Assembly: GCF_038025025.1 (NCBI RefSeq)
Contig: NW_027117339.1
Location: 806,001-870,000, forward strand
DNA length: 64,000 nucleotides
Direction: 5' to 3'
From: Phyllosticta citribraziliensis
Taxonomy: Eukaryota
Within the stretch, counting starts at the first letter, position 1; every line of letters begins with the position of its first letter. A model generated the notes under the pieces. That model made no database searches and was not told the origin of the DNA. It was given only the letters and a program-made list of their open reading frames with translations. The position numbers and the translations under genes are program-made. This document shows positions 1 to 14,300 of the stretch, piece after piece.

Positions 1-3000
1 ACAATGATCGACTGGCTAAGTCTTCGAGAGCGAGCGAAAGAAGCAAAGATCCCCGAAGCACGCCAGTCCCGATTTCTGTTTGAATGGGTACGCGGCACAA
101 CAGTCGTTTTTTGCGAACGCGCTTTACGAATTTTGGTGTGGCCGGTGAGCTGTTGCGTGTCACATCAAGAACAGAGAGGGGCCTTTTAAACGCAAAGATC
201 AGAAAGAGACATGGGCCGTGGTCACGACACCACTGACCGCAGCAGAGCCCCCGTGGACGATGTGCAGAGTGTGGTACGTCATGCCCTCTGTCTGCCCTTC
301 TCTTGTGAATATCACGCATTGACAGTCCAGGGAAGTGTCGCTGTGCAGCATTGTCATATCTTTCTGTTGATGAGCTAACAAACCAGGAGTTGGAGTCGAG
401 GTCGGGGTAAAGGATGGGGTGTCGCACGCGCAAGACAAGACAAGACAAAGTCTTGGATCGAAATTTGAGAGTTCCGCAGCAAGAACAGAGTAGGCCACAG
501 GTCGTCTTTCGTACTCTGTCCAGAGAGTTGCTGCTGGCTGTGGATGAGGGTAAGGAGGCGGATGAGAGGGGCGGTTTTTACATGCGACGGCCAGGCTCTG
601 GAACGCATGCGGGTGATGTCATGGGGTCATGGGGGCAGTGTGGGTTGCCTTTCTCTCTTCTCTCGCCTCGCATTTACTGACTGACTGATTAACTGCAGAA
701 CCAAGCCAACGGTCCACGCCAACAGTCCGCTTCTCTTCCCCTACATCCATCATGACATGATGCCCATCATTGTTGTACCGCAGTGCTGAACAGCATCTCT
801 ATAAGCTGTCATTTCCTCAAGAAACCCGTCACACATGCCGTGAGCAGAACCAAAAAATTGAGTTGTCGAACAGAAGGCAAAAGCAGACGGTGAGGCTCTG
901 GGTACTTGTAGGAGGCTGAGAGTGGGCGATGGCTGCTGTCTTGCGGTCCATTGTCGCGCTCTGCGAGTTGCAGGATGGGTCAGTGGAGGAGGAGAGGGAG
1001 GGGGGTTTTAATACCTCGTTTTTGCTTGGAGTCACAGGGCGAGAAGAGCTTGGATAAGGCTCCAGATTGTGATTTGCATGCGTTGGAGGCTTCACTGAAG
1101 AGCTGCTGCCATGTGAAGTGTCCAGTTATGCGGAGGAGAGAATGATGCCGGGCCGCAGATTCAACATCTGACCGGCCCGCGTCGTGAGTATAAATCTCTT
1201 CCCTTCTGCATCTACTGCAAGCTCAGCGCAAAGAGACCAACCACGAAACGTTCTACTTCATTCTAACCAGATCATTTCCACTTCCCGCCCTTTCTCGCAC
1301 ACTGCTGAAAGATCTCCAAACATCACTAACGGCCCATGACGCTGAGCAGCATGTAGTCACCTCAACGCTGACCACCATCCACTCAGCTCGACGTCCACTC
1401 TCCACTCTCTAATCTCTAACCTTCACTTTCGCCGAACCCAATTCTGCCCCCATTCAAACATAACCGCCACAACCGCAGCCACCTCGCCACACATCCCCTC
1501 TCAGCCCCCACACCTCCGCGCCGCCGCCATTTACCACGAGACACGCACCTATCTCCGACGCACAGTCTCTCTGACCGGTCCCACACACCATAATCTCCCA
1601 TCTCCAGCGTCCAACTCATCAATTAGCGACAAGCGGCCCCCACCATGGCTTCTGGCGTGTGGCGTGTGGCGTTTGGTGTATGCGCCCTGCGCCGCACGCT
1701 ACGCCATCTTGTTTGATTGTCGTGGAACCGTGGCGCGGTTGCCGCGGTTGCCGCGTGTGGGACATGCGGTGCGGCGCGGCGGCGCGGATGTTTTGTGAGT
1801 GCGTTTCTGAGTGAGACCACGGACGATGGCTGTCGTTGATTTGATTGTGCTGACAGACTTGTGGCCCTTGCGTTAAGCTGAGTGGTGAATTCGGCAAGGG
1901 GGAGAAAAGGGGGAAACGTGTTTGGCGTCGGCAAGTCATTCCGGCATCTTTGCCACGCTTGAAGGTACTGTGCTACGACACTGTCTACCATCGTTGTCTC
2001 GGTATGTTGGCTCTCACTATTATTCAAACAGAAGGCCGCCACATCATGCCATTAACACACTAGCAACAGCAAAGAAGTAACTTTGTACAGGAAAAGGGCA
2101 CGAGGCCAGTTCCCAGGTTGAAGGCTTCATGGCCGTCGGGAGCGAACCTGGAAACACGGCTGTTGGTAATGGATAATTTTTGGTGTGAAGAGAAACGAAT
2201 TTATGTGTCCGAAGAGGAGCACGAGACAGGCCTGGCGTCTCACATGTCGAGAGGACTCATGGAAGAGCGATCACGGAGACGGTGGGCGGACCCCTGACGG
2301 CACGCTGCTGACCCTTCTAGAAATGACAGTTACGGTAATGTAGCAAGAGTGTGCCACAAACTAAGGCAGAGCCAGTACTTCAGTTTCCAACGACGGCACC
2401 CCAAGAGTCAGCGACACTGCCAGTCCTTCCGTGGGTAATGGCTTCAGAGGTTGTTTATATACTAGATCCAGGGACTCGAGGGCACGTTGGGAGTGGATCG
2501 CGAGCCGCAATCAGGAGGTTATACCCCTGAAACAAGCTGAGCCTGTTCAAGCATGTGTTACTTGTGAGAGCAGTTCATATCACGACTGCCTACGGTTCGC
2601 CGCACTGTTCAACGTGGCTGGATATAAAGTGCGGAACTCTCCCTCTTCAATAGAAACTCTACAGGCTTTGTCAACATGGCTTTAATCTTCTTGGTCGCCC
2701 GGTAGGCCGAGAAGTGTCTGCGTCATTCTGGAGTGGTGTTGTTGCGCACGACCAGTGTCAGACGATGGCAGAGAATAGCAGAAATAAAGGTGGTGGATAT
2801 ACTTTGATAGAGGGTAACTCATGACACAAGCAGCAGACTAAGTCGAGATGCAGAAGAGGGAGAAATGTAGGGTACGAAGGTAATGTAGTCTTCTTACTGT
2901 GGGGTAAGAATAGATCCCCAGTCGACAAAGAAGGGACAGGGGTAGATTGGGAGCAAAATATATACTCAAATTCTCAATCCAAGAGCCCGCAACTCAAAGT

Positions 3001-6000
3001 CCGATTGGCAGGCGACCGAAGTTGAGGCGCTTGTGACAGCCGCTCTGGCCGCCGCGTACGAGGTATAAAATCAGGGGCTGTTCGACAACCTCTCATTCTT
3101 TATTCGAAGTAAGGTCAGCTCATTCCACTGACAAATAATGCACCACTGCTCTTTGCCTTTCGACGTACTTCCTTCCATTGGCCGCCTTGTCACGGTTAAC
3201 ACCAAAGTGAAGAAGTTTATGTAACACCCAGCAGCTTCTCTACAAAGCAAAGCCCAACATCATCAGGTAACAAAATTGACAGTCGGCATACGCTGCGAAC
3301 GAACCTTCCCGCTGCTTCTTCAAATGCCGCAACGAAAGTCCGTCGTTCTCTGATTAAAGCCATAGGCGCTGGTGCAGAACACAAGAGAAACAAGTAGATC
3401 ATCACTCAGAAATCATCACCAAGTCTCACAGCCGTCCGTCGAATGCTCCATGCTGACTGCCGGGAGGGACTGCGGAGAGTGAACGGCACATGTGAAGACC
3501 GCCGCTTTGACCACTTCGGCGAATGTATAAAGCGGCGGGTCTTCGACTGCGATGCCTTTCGTACATCTCAGCGGTCGGTTGGTCAAAGTGTTCGACAAGA
3601 TTATCGCACAAGAATTTACTGCTTTCCACGGTCTCCGAATCAAAAGACTGGTTTTCTTTGCTTCGTGTCTTGTTTGTTTTGGATTTTCTGGCATAAAGGC
3701 TCAGTCTGCGCGAAGAAATTTGTTTGAAGACGAGGATCTACGTCGTGTGAACGCGGCGAAGAATACCACCATCATCAGTCGATATTGAATATGACTGGCA
3801 TCCGCGCGCTTTGCGAGTGATAAGGTCGTCGACCTGCCAAAGAAATTCGCAAAGTCGACGCTACCAGGGAGAAGCAGCCACAGGGCCCCAGTCGCCCATA
3901 AGCTGGTGCCATTTTCACCCTTCCACGGTGCAGACTGTGCTTGAGAAACAGATCGAACAGCGAGAGGACCGCCAGAATTTATACACTCAGCCCCAATTAT
4001 AGGAGCCACATGTCACTGGCCCTCCAGACTGCGCATGCCATTACATGTGCAGATCAAGGCACCTATGACGATACTGGACCCTCTGACTTGTGATTCTTCC
4101 ACGACGCCAGTGCGCTGGCGATTGTAAATCTGTAAAGCCTGATCCGAATCCAGGACGATCGTTGTTTGTCAATGGACTCAGTGTCTTTCTGCAGCAAGAC
4201 AGACGCAGCAGAATCTGCGTCCGACATGGACAGCGACTGTTCTTCTGTTGCGCTCCGGCTGCACTTAAACTGCACTTTGTTGGCTGTCGACAGTCAGAAA
4301 CTAACCGTGCACTCCCAAACCCTCTAACCACCATAACACCACAATGCCACAATGCCACATCCCATCATTAAGCCACGACACTGCCAGCCAGTCCACCACA
4401 AAGACAAGAGCACTTTACCAGAAAGAGATAGAGCGCCGTGCCCACGCGCTCGCCAATACCAAAAAAATAAGAACAGGGCGAACGACCTTCCCCATCCACC
4501 TAGCCGCATAAACGGTCAGATACATGTACTTATGTATGCATGTACATGGCCCATCAGATAACAACCTAGAGCACAGCACCTAGCCCCAAACGAACCAAGA
4601 ATCAATGCGGCAAACCACCCACGCATCCATCTGCCGAACAACCTAATCATGAATGGAGAAGAGAAGCCAATATTCTCACGCCGCCTGCCTGCCTATCTGC
4701 CACGCCACACGCTCGCCGCAACACCGACGCTGCGAACAAACTCGCCACTTGCACGCCGCCCTGCGCTGTCCGTCATCCGCATCCATGCGCGCGGTCTGTG
4801 CCATACCGGACGTATCCACTCCGGGCACCCACCCACTCCCCGCACCGCACGTGGCTGACCGGCTGCTTCTCTGATCAATGGGGCAGGGGGCTTGTGTGGT
4901 CTGGTTTGGTCTGGCGTGCAGCTCTGCATGATGATGAAAATGAGCTAGGTACCTTAGGTAGGTAGGTAGGCTTGCGGGATGTCTGCCGAATGACGTGACG
5001 TGGCTGGCGGAGGAGGGAGGCACAGAATCAGATGGATTGGGACAGCGCTTGAGTGAGCGAGCAGGCCGCCGGCAGACAGACAGACAGGGACGCAGGTTCG
5101 GACAATTTCATGTACCAATCAACTTTCATATTCTCATAAAGTCGTTTTTCTTGCTTGCTTCAGGAGTGAATCGCTCGCTTGCTCCTCTTGCGACGACGAA
5201 AACGCTAACAAAGCAGCAACGGCAACAGCAAAAGCAGAAAGGGCAGCGATGATGCTCGAAAGATCTGTGGGAATGGCAACAGAAATCGCGGAGATGGTGG
5301 TGATGATGCCACACCCGCGCCGTGCCATCAGAGCGCTGGACTCGGACGATGTGAAAGGCATGCCAGCGCCGCGCTACGTACGTACATGCAGACAGAGACA
5401 GACAGCAAGACAAACGAAAGGAAGGAGGGGGGCAAGAAGGAAAATCGGGAAGGGGGAAGGGTAAAATCGAGAAAGCCGAAGCGGACCAAGACTCTCTCAG
5501 TCGAAGGAGAGTCAAAGACAAGAGGAGACTCGTCGCGCCAGATCACACAAACTCAGGTCAATGTCAGGCTGCCGCCAATGCACCCTGGTGGTTTGAGAAT
5601 ACGCGGTGCTGCGCCACGCTGCGACGTCGAGGCTTCGTGTGGAGAGTGGTGGCTCGTACAAGGTCCGAGTCAGGCGCCGAAAGGCATTGCAGCTGTTCCA
5701 GAGAACGGTATCTTCTTCCACCAAGTCCGCTTTTTACACGTTGATGTCGTGACGGTCGTATTGGCTACGAGGCAGAAATGGTTCAACTCGTGCCTGCATG
5801 CCCCATCCCCCATCGGGTCGGCCGTTAGATATTCGTCATCAAAGTCTGACATGTGTCGGACTTTTTTCTTTTGTTCGTTCGTCGGGGTATACAACACTCA
5901 GATGCTTATGTATATAGGTTTTCGGGCAATGGGGTCGACTTTCGAGGACGAGAGACGAGCCTCACTGGCATCGAAAGCTAGAGGAGCAAATTTCGAAGCA

Positions 6001-6638
6001 GCATAAGCCAAACGCGAGCAAATAGGATGCCGCAAGCCGAGTCGTAAAATTTGAAACCGTTGGTCCAGGCCTTACTCCGTGGGAGTAGCGCCATGCCAAT
6101 GCCCGCATGGTGGGCACCCAGGACCGATGCCCGGAGTAATGCTGGCGCCTGGGGGGCTTGGGTTGGTGAATTTCGTTAACCTCGGCTGTGCTCATCTCGG
6201 AACTGCGCACAATTGTGGAGTCCGGGAAAAGCCGCTTTACAAAGCGTGGAGCCTTTGTGATTCTCTTGCATTGGTTTGGTCGATATTGGCTCAACGTTTG
6301 ACAGCGGTTCCTCTGTTGCCAATTTCGATGTTCTCTCTGCGGCGACGGGACGGCACGCCAGTGGCGGCCGGAAGGCGCTCCGCGCGGGACCCGGAAAATT
6401 CTCTGACGTGGTCGAGGCCACAATGTCGATCCTACTGTTGGAAGCGAAGCGGTCGACGGTCGAAAAGATTCGCGTAAGACTTGCGGCAAGCGGCGCTATC
6501 ATGACGATGAGAAACACGCGTACAGACAAAAACAGACAGAGTAGCTTCGTCTATTCGTGAGAAATGAAAGCCAAGCCGAATGGAATCGAAAATGCCACAA
6601 GTGGAGCAGTCGGAGAAAGATGGGGCAGAACGAGCTCA

Positions 6639-9600
6639 TCAGTTCTGATCGAGCAGGGTCGTCAAGAAGCGGCCCACAATACGGGCTGTGAAGTTGCCCT
6701 GCCGGTCAGAGGGCACCTTTTGTTGCTGGACGAGGTATGTGTCTATTTGGAACAGTGCCGGTCAGCACGTGACTTGATGTGAGATCGTCGTCCCGGTCAA
6801 GCTAGTCCCCTTTGGACAATTGAGGAGTCGACTGGAACGAAGACGAGGGTTGGATGAGATGAACTTACAGTTGTCGCCGACGAGTTTCTTGACGCCCTCG
6901 GCAAAGACGGACGCGTTACGATCCAACTTGTTTGCCCACCAGCTACTGTCTCTGTGCACGATGGGATTCTCTCCTTTGGAGCTCCGTCGCATAAACAGTG
7001 CCGTGACAAAGGAGAACTTGACATCGATTGCTTCGCATGTCCGTCCAGCGACCTTTTCAGCATCCCGTAGGCTCCAGCCCTCGGCAGCTACCTTGTAGTC
7101 TGCGAGCAAGTGCACAGTCTTCTGCGTGTCCTCGTGGACCATGGCCAAGCCGAGCATAGCAGCAAACGCTGCTACCCACTTTGCAGGCGGCCATTGCTTC
7201 GACTTTTTGAGCATTTGCTGCAGCTTCTTGTACACATCGCTCATGTACTGGGTATGCAACTGGCAGAAGAGGTACTTGAGCTGACGGTTGACGACTCGAG
7301 GGGAACAAAACGTGCCGTACTCGACGGCAGGCCGGGCGTGACGTAATGTGGGGAGAACAGTGGCGCGATTGGCCTCTTCGAGAACAAGCGTGTGGCCCAT
7401 GATGTACGTCACGACAATCAGGCGACGCACGTCGTGGAGAATGTCCTTCTGTATGCTGTTAGAATCAAGAAGGTGGCGCAAAGGGAATCACTGACCTCAT
7501 CTTTCGCCTCTGGCTTGAGATTCCGAAGCAACTCGAGTAGCCGCAGGTTGAAATCGTACCCATCATCTGAGCAGTACATTTGGGCAAATGCTGGAAAGTA
7601 GTTTTGAATAATGTCGTCAATGTACTTTGTGTATCGGTCCTTGTCTCCGTTTTCAATCTGTACCATGCCCAGGGGCGGCGACGGGCGCTCGCTTCGTAAT
7701 GGCATGCCCGTCTTGCTGTTTTTGAAGTACTGAAACTGCCGTTGGGGCTCGATGGTCTTGGGCACAAACTCGTACGCTTCACAGGGCATGGCTGGCAGCC
7801 CCCGCCCAGGAATGAGCCGCAGGCGGATACGCACATCTGTCCATCCCGTCGTGTGCTGGCGCACAAAATCTTTGAGCGCCTGTTGAGTGTGTATGCTGGT
7901 CATGATCGCTGCTGGAACCTGTCAGCTATGTACCCTAACCGCGGCTTGCTTTTCTTACAAGGTAAAAAGTACTCGACCAACTCCCAAAGAGGAGTTCGAT
8001 CGCAGGCGAGTTGAGGATGCGGGCCATTGGCCTTGTTGCACCGCTTGGCGCAACGCGGACACGGATCGCCTTCGCCGCACTGCGAGTCTGTCAGAATCGA
8101 GCCCGTCGTCACACGCGCGCTACACTCACCTTGTCTCTTTGAAACGCGCAAGACCAACAGGCCTTGATGTCGCGCATCGTGTTGGCATCCCTTCTCTTCT
8201 CGGGTGCAAGGTGGGAGCCGAGCTGTCTGCCGCCACTTCGGTTTGCAGGACTCGAGTTGACGACAGTGTCGATTGGTTGATAGTACCCGGGACTGTCGCA
8301 CGATTTTGGCGCTATTGCCGGTGGACTGTCCATGGCAAAAAGATTGGGAAAATTGGACATTTGCGCAGAGTTGAGGAGCGCGGTCTCCGACGCAGGATCC
8401 ATAAACGCAGCGTTGAGAGGCGCGGGTGGAAACTGCGCCGCTGCAGGGGGCATGTTGAAGGCCGTGGTGCCTGGCATGTAATTGTACTGGAGTTGCGATG
8501 GAGCTTGCATGCTTTGTAGCGTCGAGTCCATGAACAGAGAAGGGTCGGCAATCGAGTTTTGGACATGGCCAAAATGATTGGCGCCACCATGAATCGCGAA
8601 AGAAAGTTCCTGGCTTGCCGAGTGCGGACCAGAGACGTATTGCTCCATGGGGCTACCCGAGGTGACAGAGGAGGTCGGGTCCGGGGAAAGCGAGTGCGCC
8701 GTAGATGATATGCTGCTGCGGAGCTGATCCTGCGTCACGGGTGCTTGGGTGGTGGGCGTCTGGCAGAAGCTGGGGCCAAACATCAAGGCATCTGACTTGG
8801 CGTCCCAGCTCATCGAGTCCCGAGGGAAAGCGGTCGACCACGGCTGTTCCTGGCCTTGAGCTTGCAGCATCGACAGCACCTCTTCGTCGGATGGATAGGA
8901 TGAGTGAGGAAATCCGGTCATGCTGCTGTTGGTTTGCGGGGTGATGGACGCTAGTTGTACAGAGGGCTCTGAGCTGGACTGCGACACGGTCGAGTGGGTG
9001 CCTAGATGTGTTCATGTCAACGCGGGCAAGCGGGAGCGACGGAACAAAGGTTACCTTGTCGCAGTGGGAGATTTGCAAAGTCCTGCCCGGCAAAGGCGAG
9101 GTTGGCACGCGGGATCGGCGCGCTATTCTCGGGTTGGGTGGGGAAGTAGTTTGCGCCAAAGGTGCTGCGAGGATTTTCAACAGGACTGTCGAGCGAGATT
9201 ACGCTGCTTTGACGGGGCACAATCTCCCAACTTTCATCCATGATTTGACTGCCGTGGCTTTGGTGGTTGGAGTGGGGCCAGGCATTGTTGGACGTCATGT
9301 CGAGGTGGTGGTCCACCGAGGGGTTCATCTCCGGCGGCGTCTGGACTTGATCCGAGGCGGGCGAGTTTGACGCGGTATCCGTCTGGATGGGCGGAACGTC
9401 GGTTTCCATCTGGACGGGGGCAGCGAAGGCGCCATGATGGAAATTCGAGGTCGCGGTCGAGTAGGGAATGGGGAGGCCGACGAGGGGAGGGGGGGAGTAG
9501 CCAGACAGGAGCGAGCCTGGGGATTTTGACCAGCTGCGATCGCTTCCTGAAAAGGGGGGAAAGACGGTTTGCACTACGTCGTCGTTGTCGACCCAGCCGT

Positions 9601-9667
9601 CGGGCGACATGGGACCAAAGAAGCCTTCGTTGGCCGTGTCATGCCATGGGGTAGAGGTGGTGGTCAT
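6639..9667 (-). CDS. Zn2Cys6 (fungal zinc binuclear cluster) transcription factor with long disordered N-terminus; 6 exons
   Basis: ORFs 9017-9667, 8109-8987, 7900-8301, 7418-7903 and 6762-7481 join through GT-AG introns (e.g. 9054-9002, 8129-8080). Splicing rebuilds CWSCAFQRDKCGEGDPCPRCAKRC...LAC. The last exon reads YTYLVQQQKVPSDRQGNFTARIVGRFLTTLLDQN*, stop at 6639-6641. Confidence 0.8.
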
Positions 9668-11331
9668 TGTTTTCCTGGGTACAACTGAAGAGGGAGTCCC
9701 TAGGGGCGGCGGCGTCGTCTTGTTAGGAGAGGCCCATCACCAGAGGCGCCGGCAGCACTTTTTGAGCCTTGTCCAGGTCGACGCAAGGTGGAGGTGGCTG
9801 GCCTGGGAATGCCAAAGGGTCACGGTGGAAGGGGATGTGGGCAGATGGACAACCCTGCGGAGGATCTTCGAGCGATGGACCGGGTGAAATGAGTTGCAGC
9901 GTCAGTGCAGAGCTGACTGGCAGGGTGAGGCTCTATGGTTGTGGGCGGAAAAGAAGAGACGATGCGTGATGCTGGGCCCCGCAGTTGGCGTGACGCGGGC
10001 TCACCAAACGGGCTGACCGGTAGGCTGACGGACAGGGACAGGCTCAAGGCACTTGGCCGCTTACTGCGATGGGATGTGTGTCTGTGGAAAGACGAGATGG
10101 AGACGAGAGAGAGAGAGAGAAGATTGAGACGGGCGCCAACGGAAGAGACGAGAGATGGAGGGCAGGTCTGGCCTGGCCATGTGCTTCCCCGCCCCGGCGA
10201 CCTGAGGTGTGAGAGGGCCGTGAAACTCACCGCTTGCGACTCGGGATTTGTAGGTAGGGTAGGTATGCATGTCGCTCTCTCGCTCACGTTTCTTCTGCGG
10301 CCACGGCAAATCACACGGCGCCAGCAACACTTGACCGTTTGATCCACGGCCGTCATCCCGGCTCCGTGGCTGCGTCCCGTGCCGCGCGCTGGACACATGG
10401 ATCCCTTTGAAAACATATTCCTTGGGGTGGCATTCCACTCGCACGCTGGCGGAGCTGAGTAAGAGTCCATGTCCGGTCGGTCCTGATTGCCAGGCAGTGG
10501 TCAGAGTGGGCCGAGTGGTGGCCTCGCCCTCTGGCCTGCATTTCCAGGCCGCTTTTGAAACGGCGCAGCGCAGCGCACCTCTCGCTCTCAGAAGAAGCCT
10601 GATCCAATGGCCTGCCTGTCGCAGTATCGCGTCCACGCCGTCGCCAGTTCATCGCCGCGCGCCGCTTCGCATTCCATCGCTTTTGCTCGGGCTTGTCTCT
10701 GGATTGAAGAAACGCTGCAGGCGACCAACGGCACGCGCAACCGGTCAATTGTGGAGGTGGCCACGCTCCAAAAATCCAGAAGAATCCGTCAACGAAGCGT
10801 CCACGTTAGTGTTACTCCCCGGCCGTGTGTAATCTGTCGTGTCGTGTCGTGTCGCGTCGAGGCACAGTACAGCCATTCGAAAGCGGCGCCCGGCGGCCAG
10901 CTGCAGTCCTGCCGCGTGCTGTCTGTCAGTCAGTCAGTCCGTCCATCAGTCGGTCCAACGGCGACAGGGACGTTGTTCCAGACCTTGAGGTTACGGTAGG
11001 TTAGAGAAACCTAAGCATCCCCAGGCACGTGATGCTCCGGGTTCCAGTTGGGCGGCGGCCGGGCGGTTTCATCTTGGCCATGACGTCATTGTCGTCAGAC
11101 GAGACGAAGGAACGAGGCAGGCCATCGCGAAAAGTAGTTTTGCTGCCAAGTCAAGGAAGTCACCTCAACCGCCAATTCTTGTTTACGCTGTTTCCCGTGG
11201 TCCAAACTCACGTCCATGCTGCATTTCATATTTTGACGACAGTTTCCTTTGCTGCTGCGTGACCGTTGCTTTCTTGCTACCTACCGTCGCGTCTCCCGTT
11301 TTCCTTTTCCCCGTAGAAGCTTCCCTTCGTA

Positions 11332-14300
11332 ATGACCGCTCGCGACGACACGCACACGACTCGACGCGACTTTACACCCCGCTATTCGCCGCACCACCCA
11401 ATTCCAACAATCTCGAAGTACAGGGAGGAAAAGGCACAGCGTGGAGAAGCTCACAGCGCCCTCGCCGCCGATTCCGAGGAACCCTCCTGGGCCGAGAAGA
11501 CGGCCACTACCGCCAAAAATTACTGGACTGGCGAGAGCTCCCAGTCAGCCAAAGACGCCGACGACGGCTCCCGGCAACATTATCAGAGCCGAAACAAGAA
11601 CCATCCGCAACACAGAGACGACCCCGATGCACACGACGACGACGACGACGATCACGACGAATCCACCAACACACTGCATAATTATGACGGGAGCGAAAGC
11701 GGTGATGAAGAGGAGGACCATGGCGGTGAGCTCACCGAGGACACGTCAGAGTCCATGGTCTCTGGCCGCACTCCCAAGGAAAAACGGAAGAAGATGAAGC
11801 GGAGAACAGAGGATCCTACCGAGCGCACTGTCACGGACCCGGTGACGCATTTGCCTATTACCATTCATGACTTTACCAACAAAGATTTGAAAAACGTTCC
11901 CGAAAACGAGGATCCACCCAATTCCACCAAGCGCTGTTCGACCGGGGCTGGGGCCAAGGAGAAGGACCACGACCAGCTGCAGGCCGAAGCCGATGAATCT
12001 GAACAATACCACTCCGGCATAGAAGCCATGTTTCCGCCCCCAAGCTTCGAGAACACGCGCAATGAGTTGACCAAGATCTACCAAAATGCAACCACAATTG
12101 TGCTGGGTCTGGTAGTGGGGATGCTCCTTGTGGCCCTCACAGCTGCTCGAGTTTCATCTGTAAATCACCAATTTGCCATCTCGACAGCTCTCATCTTCAT
12201 TTTCGGAACAGGCGTGCTCGCCATCTTAGGAATGCGCTCTTGGATTGAGAACAAAGTAGACGCCGTCTGGAATACCGAAGTGTGGGAAGCCGAGAGACAA
12301 AACGGCAAGGCTTTGGCAAAGTCTGAGACTCCAGAGTCCACCCAATGGCTCAACTCGCTGCTGGCAGCAATATGGCCACTGGTCAACCCTGATCTTTTCA
12401 CCAGTCTGGCAGACACCCTGGAGGTAAGCAAGGCATGAGGGGCTCACAGTCTTAGCTCAAACATCATTTCTTCACAATATCCTTTCTACACAGCACGCTC
12501 AAAGACTACGGTCGTTGAAAGGTCAGTACCCTGGTTATCTTGCTAATTCTTGCTAGGATGTCATGCAAGCGTCTCTTCCAAAACTCGTTCGCATGGTGAG
12601 CGTGGAGGATCTTGGTCAAGGAAGTGAAGCCATCCGGATCCTAGGCGTTCGTTGGCTGCCAACCGGAGCTGCAGCCATGTCGGTTTCAAACAAAGGCAAG
12701 CTCAAAAGGGATGCAGATCCCAAGAATAGCGACAGAACCGTTCCTGGCCAGGGTGAAGTACAGAACAACACCGAAGGCAAGGACCAGGCCGACAAGGAGC
12801 AAGACCCAGCAAATTCTCAGGAAAATGAAAACATTGCTGAAGGAATGGAAGCTGAGGAAGGCATGCTTGTCACCGTTATCACTGAAACCAGGATCGGTAG
12901 CTGACAGTGTGCTACAGGTGATTTTGTCAATTTAGAGGTAGCCTTTGCTTACAGATCCCGCACTGTCAATAAGGGCATCAAAGACCGAGCTAAGAATGCC
13001 CATCTGTACCTTGCTTTTTACCTCCCCGGCAATATCAAGTTTCGTAAGTTATCCGATCGATCAACTCGGCAAAGCTGACAAGCCAAAGCGGTATGGGTCG
13101 AACTCGAGGGTTTCGTCGGCACAGTTCGCGCCCGTCTCCAACTCACGCCTGACCCTCCTTTCTTCAGTCTCTGCACCCTAACCTTCCTCGGTCAGCCCAA
13201 GGTCGACGTCTCATGCGTTCCTCTCACAAGACGTGGACTTGACATCATGGACATTCCCCTCATATCCAACTTTGTTCAATCGGCGGTCGACGCCGCCATG
13301 GCTGAATATGTCGCGCCCAAATCGCTTACTCTGGACCTCAAAGACATGCTGATGGGCGACGACTTCAAGAAGGACACGTCCGCGCGCGGAGTAATTGTGG
13401 TCCATATCAAGCGCGCTTTCGGCATCAAAGAGGGCGACTTTGACTTTCTATGGAAAAAGGGCAGCACCGACGGATACATTTCCATCGGCTGGGCCAAATT
13501 CAACAAGCCTCTCTGGAGTACTCGCATCATCGAAGCGGACATGGAGCCCTGTTGGGACGAGACAAGCTTTGTTCTCGTTACACCTGACGAGCTCAATGTC
13601 GACGAGCGACTGCGAGTACAGCTCTGGGACTCTGACCGAACGACCGCCGACGACGACCTCGGTCGCATCGAAGTTGACATTAAGCAGCTGATGCGTGATC
13701 CCCGGAGCAATGGCAAAATGATGGATCGATTGGACGGCTTCCGAGCACTCGAGGCTGGCAAGCGCATGCCTGGAAAACTGGAATGGAGCGTTGGATATTT
13801 TTCCAAAACCCGGATTCTGGATTCGCAGCTGGCAGAGCAGACTGCTGACCCAACAATTCGCACGCTTGGAGATCTCAGGAAGCAGGTTGATGATGAAAGC
13901 GAGAAGAAACTGCGTGAGGCCAAAAGGGATGAGAGTCTGGAACTTGAGCAGCAGAAAGCTCAAACTCTGAAGGTAAGATTCCACCTTGGTGTCAATGTGT
14001 GAGATACTAATCCTGCTTAGGAGCGACAAGACCAACTCATTGTCGCCTCGCGGCCGCCGTCCGAATATCCTTCTGGAATCTTGAGCGTAACAATTCATCA
14101 GATAACCGGTTTGGAGCTCGAACGTCTGAACAAACCACCCAACGATTCCAACGACATTGAGGAAGAAGAAAATGGCGAAGATTTGCCATCATCTTACTGC
14201 ACCATTATCATGAACCACCGCAAGGTTTATCGCACGCGGACCAAACCGAAAAACGCGCAGCCTTTTTTCAATGCAGGTTGCGAACGCTTCATTGGCGACT

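Noticed and set aside
1..6600. Many short ORFs in the first 6.6 kb
   Set aside because: No recognisable domain or consistent exon chain; treated as intergenic. A degenerate gene or ncRNA cannot be excluded.
9700..11300. Overlapping 130-216 aa ORFs between the TF and the Mug190-like gene
   Set aside because: GC-rich divergent promoter/UTR sequence with simple repeats and no protein motifs.
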